64,000 bases of DNA, from contig NC_042998.1 in assembly GCF_006345805.1 (NCBI RefSeq), positions 32,798,001 to 32,862,000 of the forward strand. The letters are read 5' to 3'. Below the pieces are notes generated by a model. That model saw only the letters and a list, made by a program, of their open reading frames with translations, searched no databases and was not told the origin of the DNA. Below are positions 1 to 11,485 of the stretch, in pieces. The stretch comes from Octopus sinensis (Eukaryota). Numbering within the stretch: the first letter of the stretch is position 1; every line of letters begins with the position of its first letter. Made by a program: the position numbers and the translations under genes.

Positions 1-228
1 AATCTGGATTCATTTTCATCTGAGCCAAAACAAAAGTCGGTGATGAAGTTCGCTTTCTCCTGTACACTAGTTTCAGTATTTAAAAGAATCAGGAGAATGA
101 AAGTAACTTACTTGAAAATGAAGGGAGATTAGGGACAGGAAAAGAATGCACCCATCCGGCCATAGAGAAATCGGTTTCAGAAAGGTTCATAAAACACAGG
201 AAACTGACTCCAAGACGACTATGATGAT

Positions 229-452
229 GAGCTGGCAGAAACCTTAGCACGCCGGGCGAAATTCTTAGCGGTATTTCGTCTGCTGTTACGTTGTGAGTTC
301 AAATTCCGCCGAGGTCGACTTTGCCTTTCATACTTTCGGGGTCGATAAATAAAGTGCCAGTTACGCACTGGGGTCGATGTAATCGACTTAATACCTATGT
401 CTGTCCTTGTTTGTCCCCTCTGTGTTTAGCCCCTTGTGGGTAATAAAGAAAT
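229..452 (+). mobile_element. tRNA-derived SINE, family B (most abundant here), tail type 1
   Basis: Head gagctggcagaa...gttcaaattcc (B-box-like), core gtcgactttgcctttcat...gtaccagttacgcactggggtcgat, tail agccccttgtgggtaataaagaaat. The same body recurs at about 3212-3396, 7473-7708, 13030-13220, 17996-18215, 24325-24540, 38075-38190, 46960-47198 and 52870-53090. Confidence 0.85.
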
Positions 453-585
453 GGATAATGATGATGATAACGTTCAGAGAAGAATGAATTTTGTGAATGT
501 TCATTCGATAACAATAAAAAGAGTTAAGCAGTGACTGTTTGAAGAATGAAACAAAAAGGTGACTTGTCAAATGCACAATATAGAA

Positions 586-774
586 AAATCTTGGCAGAAA
601 CAGCTCAACTTCAAATCTTGGCAGAAACAGCTCAACTTCAAATCTTGGCAGAAACAGCTCAACTTCAAATCTTGGCAGAAACAGCTCAACTTCAAATCTT
701 GGCAGAAACAGCTCAACTTCAAATCTTGGCAGAAGCAGCTCAACTTCAAATCTTGGCAGAAGCAGCTCAACTTC
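586..774 (+). repeat. 27-bp tandem repeat, 7 copies
   Basis: Unit aaatcttggcagaaacagctcaacttc starts at 586, 613, 640, 667, 694, 721 and 748; the last two copies carry agaagc. Confidence 0.95.
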
Positions 775-1020
775 AAATTGCAAACAGAAGATGAAGATCA
801 TTACAAGAAGAAATCATTGCTCAATGCAAATTGAACAGAAGTACTGCAAAATTTCAAATAACATACAAAGAAATGCTTAAAGCAAGGATGAAGGTAAAAG
901 ACTATGAAAAGAAATAACTGAAAGAATACAAAATGAAACACATAAGGAAAATGGAGCAAGGTTTTAAGCAGGAAGTTGAGACAGAAATGAATCCTCTCAA
1001 TTTGACATGTACTAACCTAG

Positions 1021-1455
1021 TGTGTGTGTGTACATATATGTATGTGTGTGTATCTGTGAGTATATTTGTGTGTGTATTTGTATATACATGTGTGTGTGTG
1101 TACGTGTACATATATGTATGTGTGCATGCACGTATGTGTGTATCATATGTATTTGTATGTGTGTACATATGTGTGTGTGCATATGTGTTAACGTGTACCT
1201 GTGTATGTATTTGAGTGTGTGTGTGCATATGTGCATGTGTCTGTACGTGTGTGTGTGCATGCGCGCATGTGTATTTGTTTGTATGTATGTGTATGTATAT
1301 GTGTGTACATGTGCCTGCGTGTATGCATATGCGTGTTTACTTGTGTGTACGTGTGTGTATGCGTATTTGTGTGTGTGCATCTACATACGTGTGTATGTGT
1401 GTGTGTACGTATGTGTGTGCATGCATGTGCATGTGCACATATGTGTGTATGTGTT
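1021..1455. repeat. Degenerate (TG/TA)n microsatellite
   Basis: Directly visible; generates the V/C/Y and H/T-rich ORF-track entries. Confidence 0.95.
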
Positions 1456-1775
1456 TGGAAAAAAAATACAAATATTCTTTTTTTGGAACTGGATCTCAAA
1501 GCACAAATAAAGTTATAAAGAACAGCATGGAAATGTCAGGTTGAGAAAGCCTTTTTGGTAAGAAAGAGTTGAAAGCCACCAGTGGGAGTCAAACGCACAA
1601 ATCTTGAAGTAAACATTTCCCTTTAACTGAGATAATATCAGTTGAAAATGCTCAGTCGTAATGAGAAGCTTAGATGAAACACTTCATTAAAAATAATGGC
1701 AAACCAAATATACTTGAGGATGTCTTGGATAATGGAAAAATAGTGTAAAATACACTTAAACCAACAAAACTGTAT

Positions 1776-1923
1776 GGTGTCTTGGGGAAATTTTGAACCT
1801 GGGTTCTCATTCCTAAGGTATTTTTCAATGTTATTATTATTATTCAGGTCACTGCCTGGAATCGAACTCAGAATCTTGGGGTTAGTAGGCCGTGCCCTTA
1901 ACCACTACACCATGTAGTACCCG
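1776..1923 (-). mobile_element. Family A tRNA-head/(AAT)n element, truncated at hammerhead stem I
   Basis: Reverse complement matches the head, AAT run and body of 6284-6575 and stops at ccaagacacc, just before CTGATGA. Confidence 0.8.
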
Positions 1924-2404
1924 AAGGGCAAAATTGACTTTGTAAAAGGGTTGCAAGAATCAAAAAAATTCTGCAATGCAGCAATAGAACGCTAGCAGCA
2001 TTAAAATACCTTTATTGAACGAAAATCAATCCAACATCATTCACACCATTCAATTACTAATACACCAGAAAAACATTTCCTACCAAAACCCTGAATGCTC
2101 ACCATTCCTTATTCTGACCCTTTTGACCAGAGAGAGACTTTTGTATGTAAAAATAATAACTTGATTTTAAGATATAGATATCAGTGCATGAATCACTGCC
2201 AGATTCAGACTGGGGCCGGTGCAGCCTCCTGGCTTCCCAGACCCCATTAACAACAAACTAGTTGAGAACAAATATCCGTCAAATGTAAATAATGTACATA
2301 ATTCCTCATCTCTCAAATATAGAACTGTATAAACTAAAATCAGGTTTAAAGGAATATTTAGTATATTGCTATGAAGAAACCATGCCTTAAGATTTAAATT
2401 CTAA

Positions 2405-2778
2405 TCTCTCTATATATAAACGGCAGTTTGTCTGTGCGTGTTTCTGTGTGTCTGTTTGCTTGTACCCTCACCCTGACCACGGCTTGCAACCGATTCTGAT
2501 GAAACTTGACACACACATAGCCCAAGTCATAATTCAAAACTAACGCAGCGAAAATTTTGAAAAGTTCCCCAGTTCTGAAAAAAATCGATAAATTCGAAAT
2601 GGGGTCGAGAATCAGAAACACAAACCGCAAACTGTCTAGGGGAGCAACTCACCTTTTTTAACTAAAAAAAATTTACCATCATTTTTTTCATTTTTTTGCT
2701 ATTTTTTGGCTAACTCTCTAAAAATGCTTTATAGTTATTTCCCTTACAAACCTGAGCAACGCCGGGCGATACTGCTAG
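2405..2778 (+). mobile_element. Non-autonomous Helitron-like element
   Basis: Starts A|TCTCTCTATATATAAA and ends with a GC-rich hairpin-like segment (cctgagcaacgccggg) followed by gatactgCTAG|T. TC...CTRR termini between host A and T are Helitron hallmarks. Confidence 0.75.
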
Positions 2779-3559
2779 TATATCATAAGTGAGAAGGACT
2801 TGTTACCATTTATTAGTTTTCTCCTTTTTTCAGTATTAACTCTGATAAAAGACATAAGCAATATGACAAACACATTAACCTCTAAGACTCTCTGCAAATT
2901 CTTTAGTTGGAATATCATTAAGATAATTGATGTCTATTGCTAATAAATAAGATTATTCTCCAATTAGTGTTTTCACCTTGTTTCAAAACTATGAACATAT
3001 TGAACTAAGAAAGTTGTACCAAGTTATTTTTGATGTTGAAGGAAATTAGAGTTTTCAGATAAAAATAAAACCAATCAAATAATTCATTAATTTCATCGCT
3101 TTTCAGGGTTCTTTTTTTTTTTTTTTTCATAATTCAAGAAATTAGTATAAATATATAAATATTTATTCTGAGGAAGATTAAATTGTAAATTATAAGCTGA
3201 TATAAGTCAGAGAGCTGGCAAAATGCTTAGTCGTGTTCTTTCCGCCTTTACATTCTGAGTTCAAATTCCACCAAGGTCGACTTTATTTTCCGTCCTTTTA
3301 GGGTCGATTAAAATAAGTACCAGTTTAACACTGGGTCAATGTAATTAACTTACTCCCACCACCAAATTGCTGGTCTTGTGTCAGAATTTGAAACCAAGTT
3401 ATAAGCTGATGTTTATGAATCACAGTTTCGAATACCATTAGAGGTTACTTTGTTTCATTTCTGATGATCACATACATGGGAGAGGCTTGAATGTTACTAC
3501 ACATAACTTATTCACCTGTAAATCTGAATCACTTTTGTCTAGTGATGAGGAATCATATT

Positions 3560-4215
3560 TTTTCTACTTTAGGCACAAGGCCCAAAATTTTGGGGGAAGG
3601 GACCAGTCGATTAGATCGGCCCCAGTACACATCTGGTACTTAATTTATTGACCTCGAAAGGATGAAAGGCTAAGCTGACCTCATTGAACCCAGTACGCAA
3701 CTGGTACTTAATTTAATGACCCTGAAAGGATAAAAGGCAAAGTCGACCTCAGCGGAATTTGAACTCAGAATGTAAAGACAGACAAAATACTGCTAAGCAT
3801 TTCACCCAGTGTGCTAAAGTTTCTTTTCTTCTCTAGGCATGAGGCCTGAAAATTTTGGAGAAGGAGCCTATCAATTAGATCGACCCCAGTATACAACTGG
3901 TACTTAATTTATTGACCTCGAAAGGATGAAAGGCTAAGTCAACCTCTGCAGAATTTGTACTCAGAATGTAAAGACAGATGAAATACCGCTAAACATTTCA
4001 CCTAGCAAGCTACGTTTCTCTTCTACTCTAGGCACAAGGCCCAAAAATTTTGAAGAGGGGACCATTTGATTAGATCGACCCCAGTATGCAACTGGTACTT
4101 AATTTATTGACTCCAAAAGGATGAAAAGCAAAGATGACTTAGGCGGAATTTGAACTCAGAATTTAAAGACAGACAAAATACTACTAAGCATTTCGCTAAG
4201 TATGCTAACATTCTG
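3560..4215 (-). mobile_element. Head-to-tail array of family B SINE units (tail type 2)
   Basis: Three near-complete units plus one partial core, each with ctctaggcacaaggcc...ctggtacttaatttattgac...gaactcagaatgtaaag. Confidence 0.85.
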
Positions 4216-5198
4216 CCCCTTAATAAGGAGACATATTAAGAAAGATTTGAGCAGTGAATTGTGAGATGTCCTCACTCAGGTCAATCTCGAATGAACAGAC
4301 TTATGATTAAAGTTGTTTGAGGAGTGGCTGTCCCAGATTTTGTCTCAAACAGTATATGCCAAAAATACATTGTGTAATGTTTACTTTTGTTCTTTTGCGA
4401 CAGTAAGGTATGATTTGAGGGAAATTTGTCTACTATTTCTATCAGATCATGCTACACTTTAAAGGACTCCTTGAGCTTAGAGAGGTAAGTTAGCAGAAAT
4501 AGTGGAATGCATTTCAGCCGTTTGCTTTTCCCAGCCATATTTTTGGATTTCAGGATTCACCCTTTCGTGATCATCCCAGCTGAAACCGGCTCTGGCTCTT
4601 TAGTATAAATGTCTTGTTTTCAAAAGTCCTGAATTAAAATCTTCCACCAAACCTTAGTCACAATTTATGTTCCTAACACTAGCTGAATGATAACTAAGTT
4701 ATTTTACTAAATTCTTTGTTATATTTAAAATAATTAGAAGAAACACAAAGCATCTCAGAATAAATACGGTAACAAAAGGGTTAAAATAAGTTCATTTTTA
4801 TCTTTTATCCTTCGTCGATCAATAAATTAAATACCTGCATTACAATAGGATTCGTTTATTCATTATATTTTTTCTCCACTAAAGTTGGTTTATATTTGTT
4901 CAATGGAAATCAGTATGAAGATCTTTTATAAACAAAAGAATTATCAATTCCACTTTCTAAAAAAAATTTTCATATGATGGCAGTGACCCAGCATGGCCAC
5001 AGCTTACTGGGTGAAGAAACGTAAAAGTAACAAAAATAAGTAAAAGAATTATCCAGTACAAAAGTTTGACAATTTTTCTTCATTTTCTTTTGTCTTGTTA
5101 TAAAGATAAATCTTTACAACAAGATAATATTCTAATGATAGATAGTTGGACTGTATCACTGCATCAGGACCACATTATAGAAAAACAAAGAGCATTCC

Positions 5199-5240
<42 letters not shown>

Positions 5241-6283
5241 TAAATATATATATCATAAATATGAAACACTGCAATAATTTGATGAATTATAAATTCAGTG
5301 AACAGACAGAAAGGAGCCTGTTTTGAAATTATACAACTCTATAATGTAATCAAGTGTAGTTTAGGGGATTCCTATCAGGAAATATTGATTCAGTATACAG
5401 CTTTGCTGATGTTAATATTCTGTTTACATTGTCTTCTTTTACTGGTGACAGGCATCATGGTAGCTGACATCACAATGGTCAATTCATAATCTACTGAATC
5501 CACGATGTGCTTTAGATTTGCAGTTAAAAGGATTCACTTACATTTCAAATGATGCTTGTGAAAGAATAAACAGTACTATACACTATTTATTTTTCTATAA
5601 GTATAAAATTATACTTCTCTTCTGTTCATAGTTGATAACATTTTTCGATTAAATCTACTGTTTGAACTTTAAAAGAAAAATCCTACAATTTTTAGAATAT
5701 GAAATATAATGGATTTCTTTTGTAGCTTATGTATGAGAGGAAGGAAAGTGTCCATGGACTTTCTATGTCTTCTTTGTCTAGAAAGGATTTTTAAATGAGA
5801 TTAATATGACAAATGTTGATCTTTTGATAAAGGAAAGAAATATTTATGACTCCATGAAGAGTTTCCAAGATATTAGAAGTTCTAAATGGAAAAGTTCTCG
5901 TGGTTGAGAGTAGTGGAAGATGGACGAAGGGAAAAGAAATGGTATACAAGAAGGTCCATTGTTACAAAGACAATTACAACACTCCACGGCAACATGGTGA
6001 AGATTTATTGATCTGACAAATGAGTTTCGTTTAGGTCGGATTAAATGTGTGCAATAATGGAAAAAGTTTCCATATCTGAGCAATATTTTATTGTGCATGG
6101 GAGGTGTTTGGTCAGAAGTGAAATATTCCCTGACATCCAATGAACTCCAAACTTTAAAATACATCCTTCGCTGTGTACTAAGCAATGTATGTATGCCACC
6201 ATGGGAGCTCTCATCTTTATTTAACTTGATTGGATAGAATTGATATGGTCAGCAATGAATATGATGTCCACAATATGCAAAAC

Positions 6284-6356
6284 ACGGGTATATGGCGTAG
6301 TGGTTAAGAGCGCGGACTACTAGCCCCAAGATTCCAAGTTCGATTCCAGGCAGTGA

Positions 6357-6401
<45 letters not shown>

Positions 6402-6575
6402 CAACAACAACATTGAAAAATACCTTAGGAATGAGAACCCAGGTTTCAAGACACCTGATGAAGACTGGAGGGTATATCAGCCGAAATGTGTGTTAACAAC
6501 AAACAAGATGAGGACAAATATCCATCAAATGTAAATAATGTACATAATTCCTCATCTCTTAAATATAGAACTGTA
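6284..6575 (+). mobile_element. Family A element: tRNA-like head, (AAT)n, Penelope-type tail with hammerhead motif
   Basis: A-box tggcgtagtgg 6293-6303, B-box gttcgattcc 6338-6347, (AAT)n 6361-6411, CTGATGA 6455-6461, conserved tail ending ...ttaaatatagaactgta. Confidence 0.85.
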
Positions 6576-6664
6576 AAATCTATCTAACATCAAAAAATAT
6601 TGTATAGTTGCTGTTGGAAGCATGTTGCTATATGTATCTGATTGATTTATTATACACTCTTTAC

Positions 6665-7420
6665 AATTGATGGATATTTGTCCTCATCTTGTTTGTTGTT
6701 ACCACAATGTTTCAGCTGATTTACTCTCCAGCCTTCACCAGGTGTTCTGGTGAAATTTTGAACCCAACCCTTTATTTGACTAATAGGGTCCTCTGTTCTC
6801 ATTCATAAGGTATTCTTTTTGCTGATGTTATTTTTTCTATTAAGATTATTTCCCAAGTCCCTGCCTGGAATTGAACTCAGAATCCGAGGGTTAGTAGCCC
6901 ACACTCTTATCTACTATGCTATATGCTTGTAGGCAATTATAGAGTGAATTTTAGGGCCTAAAAGATATAATAGTTTATCTTTTCTCAATACTAGTTCCCA
7001 TATTCTACTCATATCTGCTTAGGAGGTTGTTGTGTCCTAACATATGTGCTGCTTCTTTTAGTTTTCGTATTTTCCAGTGGTGTTCACTGTCTATTATTTT
7101 AACTTCATCCCACAGCGGGAGGTGGTCTCTGTTTTTCCATACAGGATCACCTATACCCAATTTTTAAATATCCCCTCAAGTAACAGCTTTACGATGTCCC
7201 TCTACCCTTATTCTAAGGGGGTGGCATGTTTTGCCTTTGTATAATCTACCGCAACTGCATGGGATGGAGTACACGCAGTCTTTGGTCATATTCTCTTCTA
7301 TTGGTGGTTTTACTCAGAGGAGATATTTGCAAAGTGTTGTATATTTCTTCTGAATACTGGCCTGATGTCACACGGACATCTTTTGTATCTTTTGCATCTG
7401 ATCACTTGTGAAACTAACGG
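6665..7420 (-). mobile_element. Decayed Penelope-like retroelement 3' portion (GIY-YIG endonuclease plus tail)
   Basis: Minus strand 7277-7176 translates CVYSIPCSCGRLYKGKTCHPLRIRVEGHRKAVT*, then with stops and a frameshift WDEVKIIDSEHHWK-IRKLKEAAHMLGHNNLL. This matches the PLE-type GIY-YIG pattern VYxIPCxCG..YxGxT..LxxRxxxH. It is followed by the family A head (6930-6857) and a degenerate hammerhead (6746-6701, CTGGTGA). Confidence 0.8.
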
Positions 7421-8872
7421 AAAGCTATATGGAATACATACCTTGATGTTAAGGAGGTGAACACTATCTCATATTTCTTTACTGTCCACAAGGGGCTACA
7501 CACAGAGGGGACAAACAAGGACAGACAAATGGATCAAGTCGATTACATCGACCCCCCCCAGTGCATAACCGGTACTTAATTTATCGACCCCGAAAGGATG
7601 AAAGGCAAAGTCGACCTTGGTGAAATTTGAACTCAGAACGTAAAGGCAGACGAAATACTGGTAAGCATTTCACCCGGCATGCTAACATTTCTGCCAGCTT
7701 GCTGCCTTCCACTATTTCTTGCAAACAACATTTATTTTTTACCAAACAGTTTATTACCAAACAGTTTATTTTGATAGATATTATACTATTATTAAGAGAA
7801 ACCATCAAACAACACAGGTTTAAATTCGTGAGATGCAGTTGGGGAAGAAAAGAATTAGCATCATTTAACATGACATTTAATTTTAACCATTTACTTCAAG
7901 GAAAAGAATGTCCTTAACCATTACACATTCTCTTTTTGACTAATGAAGGATGATATGTGTGACAGATAACATGAGTTTTTACAGACAAATATCATCTGCT
8001 ACAGTCACCAGAGCTTCCAGATCACATAATTTCACCCTGCTTGGGCTCTTCAGTGGCAGATATTTAGTAGCAACATAGCAGCTGAATTCTTCTATCAACG
8101 ATATACAGAATTTCATTGTCCATTTAGATACTGACATCACAAATGGCCAGTGGGATTATCCACATTAAGCTGAAGATAAAGATTGTCTTTGGAATTAATA
8201 CCGCTTCTGTTGCTATTAATCAAATATTATATATTCAAAGATTGAAAATGTTGGTAGTTTTAGCCAGTCAGATCTATCCATTCTGTACACGACATGGCAA
8301 TATCATGGGAAAACCCTGAACTCTGATACTAAACTAATTAAATTAAATTCTAAACACAGCCCCAAGCACTAGCTATAGCCTGTAACCTCTAAGCCAGATC
8401 CAAGATGGTTTCATCTGTTTGGGAACATGTACAGATAACATCATCTGCTGGATGGGATGTTGAGAATAAGTTGACCTGTGTGGCTAAAATTACAAATGAT
8501 GGTAAAATTTGAAGTTTCATAATGTTTTCTTTATTAATTTTGTGAAAAAATGCTCGTGACTTTTGCAATGGACATGAAAAACTGTATCTGTGTGGATAAA
8601 ACTGAGATAAGTCTGTCAAATTAAAATGATCTAATGCATGGACAAGTATCAATAAGAGAGGAAGAAAGAAAATGAAAGAAGAAAGGAAAGGAAGAAACAA
8701 ACACGGGCATATGGTGTAGTGGTTAATAGAGCTGGCTATTAACTCCCAGATTCCTAGCTCGATTCCAGGAAGTGACCTGAATAATAATAATAATAATAAT
8801 TATTATTATAATAATGATAATAATGACATTATTTACATTTGATGGATATTTGTCCTCATATTGTTTGTTATT

Positions 8873-8919
8873 AACACAACGTTTCAGCTGATATACACTC
8901 CAGCCTTCATCAGGTGTCT
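8873..8919 (-). ncRNA. Minimal type I hammerhead ribozyme motif (family A)
   Basis: Minus strand: gacac CTGATGA a ggctg gagtgtatat cagct GAAAC GTT gtgtt. Stem I gacac/gtgtt, stem II ggctg/cagct, self-complementary AACGTT in place of stem III. Confidence 0.7.
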
Positions 8920-9022
8920 CAGGGAAATAATGTACATACTTCCTCATCTCTTAAATATAGAACTATAATAATAACATCGAAAAATACCTTAGGAATGAGA
9001 ACCCAGGTTCGAAATTTCCCCA

Positions 9023-9069
9023 AGATATCTGATGAAGGCTGGAGAGTACACCAGCCGAAACGTTGTGTT
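9023..9069 (+). ncRNA. Minimal type I hammerhead ribozyme motif (family A)
   Basis: gatat CTGATGA a ggctgg agagtaca ccagcc GAAAC GTT gtgtt. 6-bp stem II; stem I relies on G-U pairs. Confidence 0.7.
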
Positions 9070-9213
9070 AACAACAAACAACATGAAGACAAATATCCAT
9101 ATTTTTAGCTTAGAGTGTGTAAGCCACCAGGTGAAATTTTTGAAGTAAAGCAAAGATGGTGCAAACTGAAACAAATTATGATGTTGGTGCTATAGATATA
9201 CTGATAAATGGAA

Positions 9214-9592
9214 GCACTCCATCAGTTACGACGGCGAGGGTTCCGGTTGATCCGAATCAACGGAACAGCCTGCTCGTGAAATTAATGTGTAAGTGGCTGA
9301 GCACTCCACAGACACGTGTACCCTTAACGTAGTTCTCAGGGATATTCAGCGTGACACAGAGAGTGACAAGGCCGGCCCTTTGAAATACAGGTACAACAGA
9401 AACAGGAAGTAAGAGTGAGAGAAAGTTGTGATGAAAGAGTACAGCAGGGATCACCACCATCCCCTGCCAGAGCCTCGTGGAGCTTTAGGTGTTTACGCTC
9501 AATAAACACTCGCAACGCCCGGTCTGGGAATCGAAACCGCGATCCTATGACCGCGAGTCCGCTGCCCTAACCACCGGGCCATTGCGCCTCCT
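9214..9592 (-). mobile_element. tRNA-derived SINE, head H1 plus tail T2
   Basis: Head ggaggcgcaatggcccggtggttagggcagcggactcgcggtc...gtttcgattccc; tail ...caaccggaaccctcgccgtcgtaactgatggagtgc. T2 also occurs at 31685-31750 and 55765-55940. Confidence 0.8.
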
Positions 9593-10991
9593 ACTGATAA
9601 ATATTGGACAGCTAATTGCAGAACAGTGTTTATTGTTGTTATTGTTGGTTTGTTTTAATCTCTGGATAACCAGACAGAGCAAATATATGCTCAAATACAT
9701 TTAGACCAAAATTATTGTGGTCTTTATTCAGTCAGTATATCCATAACATGCCTTACTTTTCATAAAATGGTAAGGTGAGGTTTGAGGGAGATTTGTTTGC
9801 CTTTCTCTTCATAAAATGGTAAGGTGAGGTTTGAGGAAGATTTGTTCTCTATTTCTTGGAGGTCTAATGATTTTTAAAGGCTTCTTCACTGGCCATTATG
9901 TTAATACATAATAACTAATTTACTTTGATTAGGTTTCAAACAGACAGATGCCGGAGAATTAAAGACAACACACAATGTTACTATCAGAATAAAATTATCA
10001 GCTATATGTGAATATGTCCTCTCACCAAAATAATTCCATTCCATTATTGACAAAATTTGACTTCAAAGTGTGGTGAAAGTCAAAACAATTCTTGATGTGA
10101 TTAGAACCCAGAACATAGAAAGGTGAAACTAAATATGAAAATACTCTTAATCAGGCATTTTAGTTTCCTCTGCCAATTCCTTCCTCCTAAACTAATGTAT
10201 AATTATTGATTCCCTTCTTCTAATCACAATGGAAAGTTATGTAAGGAAAGAAACAGTGAATTAAATCAAATCTGGTTCTAGCAGACTTTAAACTTATACA
10301 GGGCAAGGTATTTCGTCTAGCATTATTGCATCTGCAAACTTGCCACTCATCAACTGCTATGTAATTATCAAAACGTATATGTATGTATAGATATCATTAG
10401 CAAATAAAAGAAGCAAGCTATTGATTTGGAAACAATGCGAAATGTTGAAAGGAATTTTTGATTAAAAAACAAAAACTTAAAGGGAATTATGAAAACTTAC
10501 GTAAATTCCTATTTATATTCAATAATGATGCAATTTCTCTTCGCTTTGATTCTTAGATATTTTAATTTTTGTTTTTGGTTCTAATTGAAATATGAAACAG
10601 TTTCCTTTGTTAGTAAACACACAACATTATTACCATGATAAAAGTATCAGCTATATTATCATTTTATAATTATCACATTCTTTTAAGGAGGATGAAAAAT
10701 ATGAAGAAATTAAATTCTCAAGTGATATCAATTACTTCCAATGCATGGAAAAATCAATGAGTTTAAAGGGAAATGAAGTTTGCAGAGCTGGTAGATTAAT
10801 GTTTATACACAATACACACAGCCACAAGTGATGGGCATGTTGAGGGGCCATGTTGTAGATATATATATATATATGTGTGTACTGTTGTATTTATGTGTGT
10901 TTGGTAAAGAAACATGCATATAATGCTTTTACACACATGCATACATGGATATATGTATATGCATTAAATATAGATATACATAGAAATATAT

Positions 10992-11430
10992 GAGGCACCC
11001 GGCAGTTGCCAGGCACCCGGCAGTTGCCAGGACCCCTGGACTGGAGATACGTAAAAAGCACTATCCGAATCGTGGCCGTTGCCAGCGCCGCCTCGACTGG
11101 CTTCCGTGTTGGTGGCACATAAAAACACCATCCGAATCGTGGCCGAAGCCAGTGCCGCCTCGACTGGCTTCCGTGCAGGTGGCACGTAAAATGCACCAAT
11201 CCGACCGTGGCCGATGCCAGCCTTGCCTGGCACCAGTGCAGGTGGCACGTAAAAAGCACCCACTACACTCACGGAGTGGTTGGCGTTAGGAAGGGCATCC
11301 AGCTGTAGAAACTTTGCCAGATAAGACCGGAGCCTGGTGCAGCCTTCTGGCTTCCCAGATTCCCGGTCGAACTGTCCAACCCATGCTAGCATGGAGAACG
11401 GACGTTAAACGATGATGATGATGATGATGA
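10992..11430 (+). mobile_element. RTE-clade LINE 3' UTR fragment with about 68-bp internal repeats
   Basis: gttggcgttaggaagggcatccagctgtag...ggagaacggacgttaaac(gat)n. The same tail lies downstream of an RTE-like ORF end at 15395-16495. Confidence 0.75.
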
Positions 11431-11485
11431 TATATATGTATATATATATACATGTATATATATATATGTGTATGTATATATATAC

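Larger units (their letters stand above)
8702..9100. mobile_element. Rearranged family A composite with two oppositely oriented hammerhead tails
   Basis: + head and AAT 8702-8825; - tail 8828-8919; + tail end 8927-8965 fused to AAT, body and tail 8966-9100. Confidence 0.85.

Noticed and set aside
106-200. Possible minus-strand exon ending at a gtaagt donor (111)
   Set aside because: One short open frame, no convincing acceptor, unrecognised peptide.
902-1544. Many ORF-track entries rich in V/C/Y, H/T, I/Y/L/S or poly-I/L (also 14005-14544, 18909-19520, 25038-25658, 30351-30905, 33928-34200, 61824-62200)
   Set aside because: They are translations of (TG)n, (TA)n, (TATC)n and (AAT/CAT)n microsatellites, which lack stops in some frames.
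6290-6360. Functional tRNA genes at SINE heads
   Set aside because: A and B boxes are present, but there is no complete acceptor stem; the heads run into repeat bodies and copies are diverged.
7176-7178. In-frame TGA in the PLE GIY-YIG as selenocysteine
   Set aside because: A TAA and a frameshift follow closely and no SECIS is evident; a CGA-to-TGA decay is simpler.
8389-8700. ORF with an apparent signal peptide (MFLPFLSSFIFFLPLLLILVHA)
   Set aside because: The hydrophobic start is the reverse complement of an A/G-rich tract, the start is not ATG, and the rest has no recognisable domain.
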